IMG/VR virus record: IMGVR_UViG_3300049917_000102 | Coordinates: 1-39,101 of that record | Length of the DNA: 39,101 nt | Strand: one strand, 5' to 3' | Source: a virus | Lineage: Duplodnaviria; Caudoviricetes | Shown: in pieces, positions 37,261 to 39,101 of the stretch | Layout: each line of letters starts with the position of its first letter | How positions within the stretch are numbered: the stretch's first letter is position 1 | Program-made: the position numbers and the translations under genes | Notes under the pieces: model-generated | Database searches by the model: none | What the model was told of the DNA's origin: nothing | Seen by the model: the letters and a program-made list of their open reading frames with translations, nothing else

Positions 37261-37374
37261 CTACTGCCCCAACGGAATCGTGCTACAATATAAAATAGTC
37301 ACAAATCCAAGTATCACGTCAACGATAAAGCCAGCTATAAATAGTAATAAACCTACATCTTCATTCTTATTCAT
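37261..37374 (-). CDS. Small membrane protein (37 aa; absent from track)
   Basis: MNKNEDVGLLLFIAGFIVDVILGFVTILYC...; overlaps the upstream stop. Confidence 0.55.
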   Translation of the reverse strand: MNKNEDVGLLLFIAGFIVDVILGFVTILYCSTIPLGQ

Positions 37375-37678
37375 CTCCATTCCCCCTACACGTCTTACAT
37401 AACCTATAAAATTTACTCTCAGCTTCAAAACTCATATCGCATTTAAGACAATTTCTTAAAAAGTTCCCTTGGTATTTCTTATACGGAGAAGTTCTCTCAC
37501 GCATTTTACGAGCCTCAGCCTTTCTAATCATACCAATGCGCTTACAAGTCTCAGGATGCGATCTAGTTAGTCTTTTAACGTCTATATGATACTTTCTAGA
37601 GATCTCACGGAGAGTCATAGTAAGACCATCAGTCTCGATAATGCGCTTTAATTCTGCGTTACTGATTTGGGGTTTCAT
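37367..37678 (-). CDS. HTH plus Zn-finger protein (possible regulator)
   Basis: MTLREISRKYHID; RNCLKC...F.....RLCKTC. Confidence 0.7.
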   Translation of the reverse strand: MKPQISNAELKRIIETDGLTMTLREISRKYHIDVKRLTRSHPETCKRIGMIRKAEARKMRERTSPYKKYQGNFLRNCLKCDMSFEAESKFYRLCKTCRGNGDE

Positions 37679-37868
37679 TAAAAACCTCGTTTATACATTT
37701 CATACAAGCATAATTACTTAATATAGAAACAGGACCACAATAAACATCTCCGTTATTTGACGGATATGCTTTAGTCATTACAGCATAATCCCCCTTATCT
37801 ATTACCGACTCGCACCTAATACATTTATGATCTTTTCTTGTTTTTAGCTTTTTACTTACTACTTTCAT
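37659..37868 (-). CDS. Small Zn-finger protein
   Basis: KTRKDHKCIRC...I.KG...CMKC; TGATG coupling. Confidence 0.7.
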   Translation of the reverse strand: MKVVSKKLKTRKDHKCIRCESVIDKGDYAVMTKAYPSNNGDVYCGPVSILSNYACMKCINEVFNETPNQ

Positions 37869-38113
37869 CACTTCACCATACATGAATTAGCCAAACTGAA
37901 TACACGCTGGCAATCCACCTTTTTAGCCTTTTTAACCGCTTTTCTAGGTTTAGCCTTACTCTGCACCACTTTTACAGTCTCAACTGATTTAACAGGCAAG
38001 TAATATTCCCTCACTGTATATTTAACAGTTGCCATGTTATGGCGTTTGTATCCATGTGAGGAACAGCCAGCAACTAAACCAGATAGCAAACACAAACTAA
38101 CTAAACTTTTCAT
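37868..38113 (-). CDS. Small lipoprotein
   Basis: MKSLVSLCLLSGLVAG-C lipobox; AAGGAG RBS before ATG 38113. Confidence 0.75.
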   Translation of the reverse strand: MKSLVSLCLLSGLVAGCSSHGYKRHNMATVKYTVREYYLPVKSVETVKVVQSKAKPRKAVKKAKKVDCQRVFSLANSCMVK

Positions 38114-38162
38114 CTTATTTTCTCCTTCTGCGCTCATGCGCTCTTATTAATTACTAACTAAA

Positions 38163-38399
38163 TTATATATTGTCAATACTTTCTTCTTCATCTAGCTGAT
38201 ACGGTCTAACTGTCCATAATGGGCAGGTCTCAACTGTACAATATCTAATCTCACTAACTATAAAACAACAACAATCAAGACATTTCGACTTGATTGAAGA
38301 TTTAAAACCTTTACCCTCATATGCTTTTCTAAAAATCTCCGTTCTACTATTTTTCTCTTTTTCCATTTTCGATATAATCTCAGCTTGTTTTGGTGTCAT
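38163..38399 (-). CDS. Cys-rich Zn-binding phage protein
   Basis: IKSKCLDCC.....I..C....CPLW..RPY. Confidence 0.75.
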   Translation of the reverse strand: MTPKQAEIISKMEKEKNSRTEIFRKAYEGKGFKSSIKSKCLDCCCFIVSEIRYCTVETCPLWTVRPYQLDEEESIDNI

Positions 38400-38576
38400 A
38401 ATTCATATTCTCCGCTTTTTAGACCATATAAATTTGAGGTCTATTTGTTTTTAGTAATCTAATTCAACAAATGACCTTTGTAAAGTTGTTGCTATTCGTT
38501 TTTTAATGCTTACTATTCAGTTTTTAATACTTAATTAATTCGTAAATATATATTATTTACTATGTTTCTCCATGGA

Positions 38577-38801
38577 TTAAATGCCTTGGTTACTGATATG
38601 GTTATGTCTATAGCCCCCAATCTCGCTTTTAAGCGAGTTTTTAGCCGATTCTAGGCGTTTTTGATCCATGCCCTTAGTGATTGCCTTAACTGATGTTATA
38701 GCGGGATTTTCGGGCATTTTATTAATGTTTTTTAACTGATTTAAATAATCACGTTGTACTAATTCCCAGTATCTCGCATCTATCTCGTCTCTATATCCCA
38801 T
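38577..38801 (-). CDS. Hypothetical protein
   Basis: ORF in the leftward early operon. Confidence 0.55.
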   Translation of the reverse strand: MGYRDEIDARYWELVQRDYLNQLKNINKMPENPAITSVKAITKGMDQKRLESAKNSLKSEIGGYRHNHISNQGI

Positions 38802-38804
38802 TGC

Positions 38805-38906
38805 TTAGTAATCGAATTGCTTTCCGTTACGGTCATGTTCAGAGCAACGTTTAATTTGATCCAGGGTCATATTTTTAACACTTAAATTTCGCTTAACTTG
38901 TTTCAT
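38805..38906 (-). CDS. Small protein (33 aa; absent from track)
   Basis: MKQVKRNLSVKNMTLDQIKRCSEHDRNGKQFDY; ATGA coupling. Confidence 0.45.
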   Translation of the reverse strand: MKQVKRNLSVKNMTLDQIKRCSEHDRNGKQFDY

Positions 38907-39013
38907 AATATCTTATCCAGTATTAGTATTGTCGGTATTGATAGGAACCAAGGCAATACCAGAAATACCTTAATAAATATAATTAATTTAATAATTGCCA
39001 TTAATTGATTCAT
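38903..39013 (-). CDS. Small hydrophobic protein (36 aa; absent from track)
   Basis: First ORF after the early promoter; AGGGA RBS; nearly all hydrophobic. Confidence 0.5.
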   Translation of the reverse strand: MNQLMAIIKLIIFIKVFLVLPWFLSIPTILILDKIL

Positions 39014-39049
39014 GTTTATTTTTTCCCTGCGATCATTCGCTTTTTTTGC

Positions 39050-39078
39050 ATATTAATACCTATTTTTTAGCTTGTCAA
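39050..39078 (-). promoter_or_regulatory. Leftward early sigma70-type promoter
   Basis: TTGACA (39078-39073), 17 bp, TAATAT (39055-39050). Confidence 0.7.
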
Positions 39079-39101
39079 ATACTAATTTTGATAGTTAACT
39101 T

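Noticed and set aside
39029-39047. + strand terminator GCGA-TCAT-TCGC-T7
   Set aside because: Only a 4-bp stem and no + strand gene upstream; too weak to call.
1-39101. Stop-codon reassignment
   Set aside because: Core genes are intact and densely packed in the standard code; TAA, TAG and TGA all terminate genes. The in-frame stops at 1471-1482 are a local feature.
1-39101. Integrated prophage with att sites or terminal repeats
   Set aside because: No integrase, host genes or end-to-end repeat were seen.

Overview
This AT-rich window reads as an essentially complete ~39 kb tailed dsDNA phage genome of podovirus-like (P22-type) architecture in the standard genetic code. The + strand arm (214-24885) carries terminase, portal, scaffold, major capsid, two HNH endonucleases, a large fibre/adhesin, a lysis cassette, a phosphoesterase/HExxH pair, tail adaptor/nozzle and putative ejection proteins. 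The - strand arm (24882-39013) carries a DEDDh exonuclease, VRR-NUC, Cas4-like nuclease, SSB, Sak4-like ATPase, SF2 helicase, Prim-Pol/DUF3987-like protein, a C5 methyltransferase and many small early genes. The arms diverge from an origin-like inverted repeat at 1-123 if the ends are joined. I saw no integrase, family A/B DNA polymerase, RNA polymerase, tRNA or CRISPR array. The most notable observations are: (i) a 1025-aa fibre with a clean Sec signal peptide and 16 paired-looking cysteines; (ii) a candidate ejection protein ending in a discrete 'VICSEL' domain; (iii) a CsrA-like gene next to a structured element with regularly spaced CAGG(A/G) motifs ahead of the primase; (iv) an RBS-sequestering hairpin on the HNH gene; (v) an in-frame duplicated mini-ORF ahead of terS. 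All product calls come from reading motifs and synteny by eye; no database search was run.
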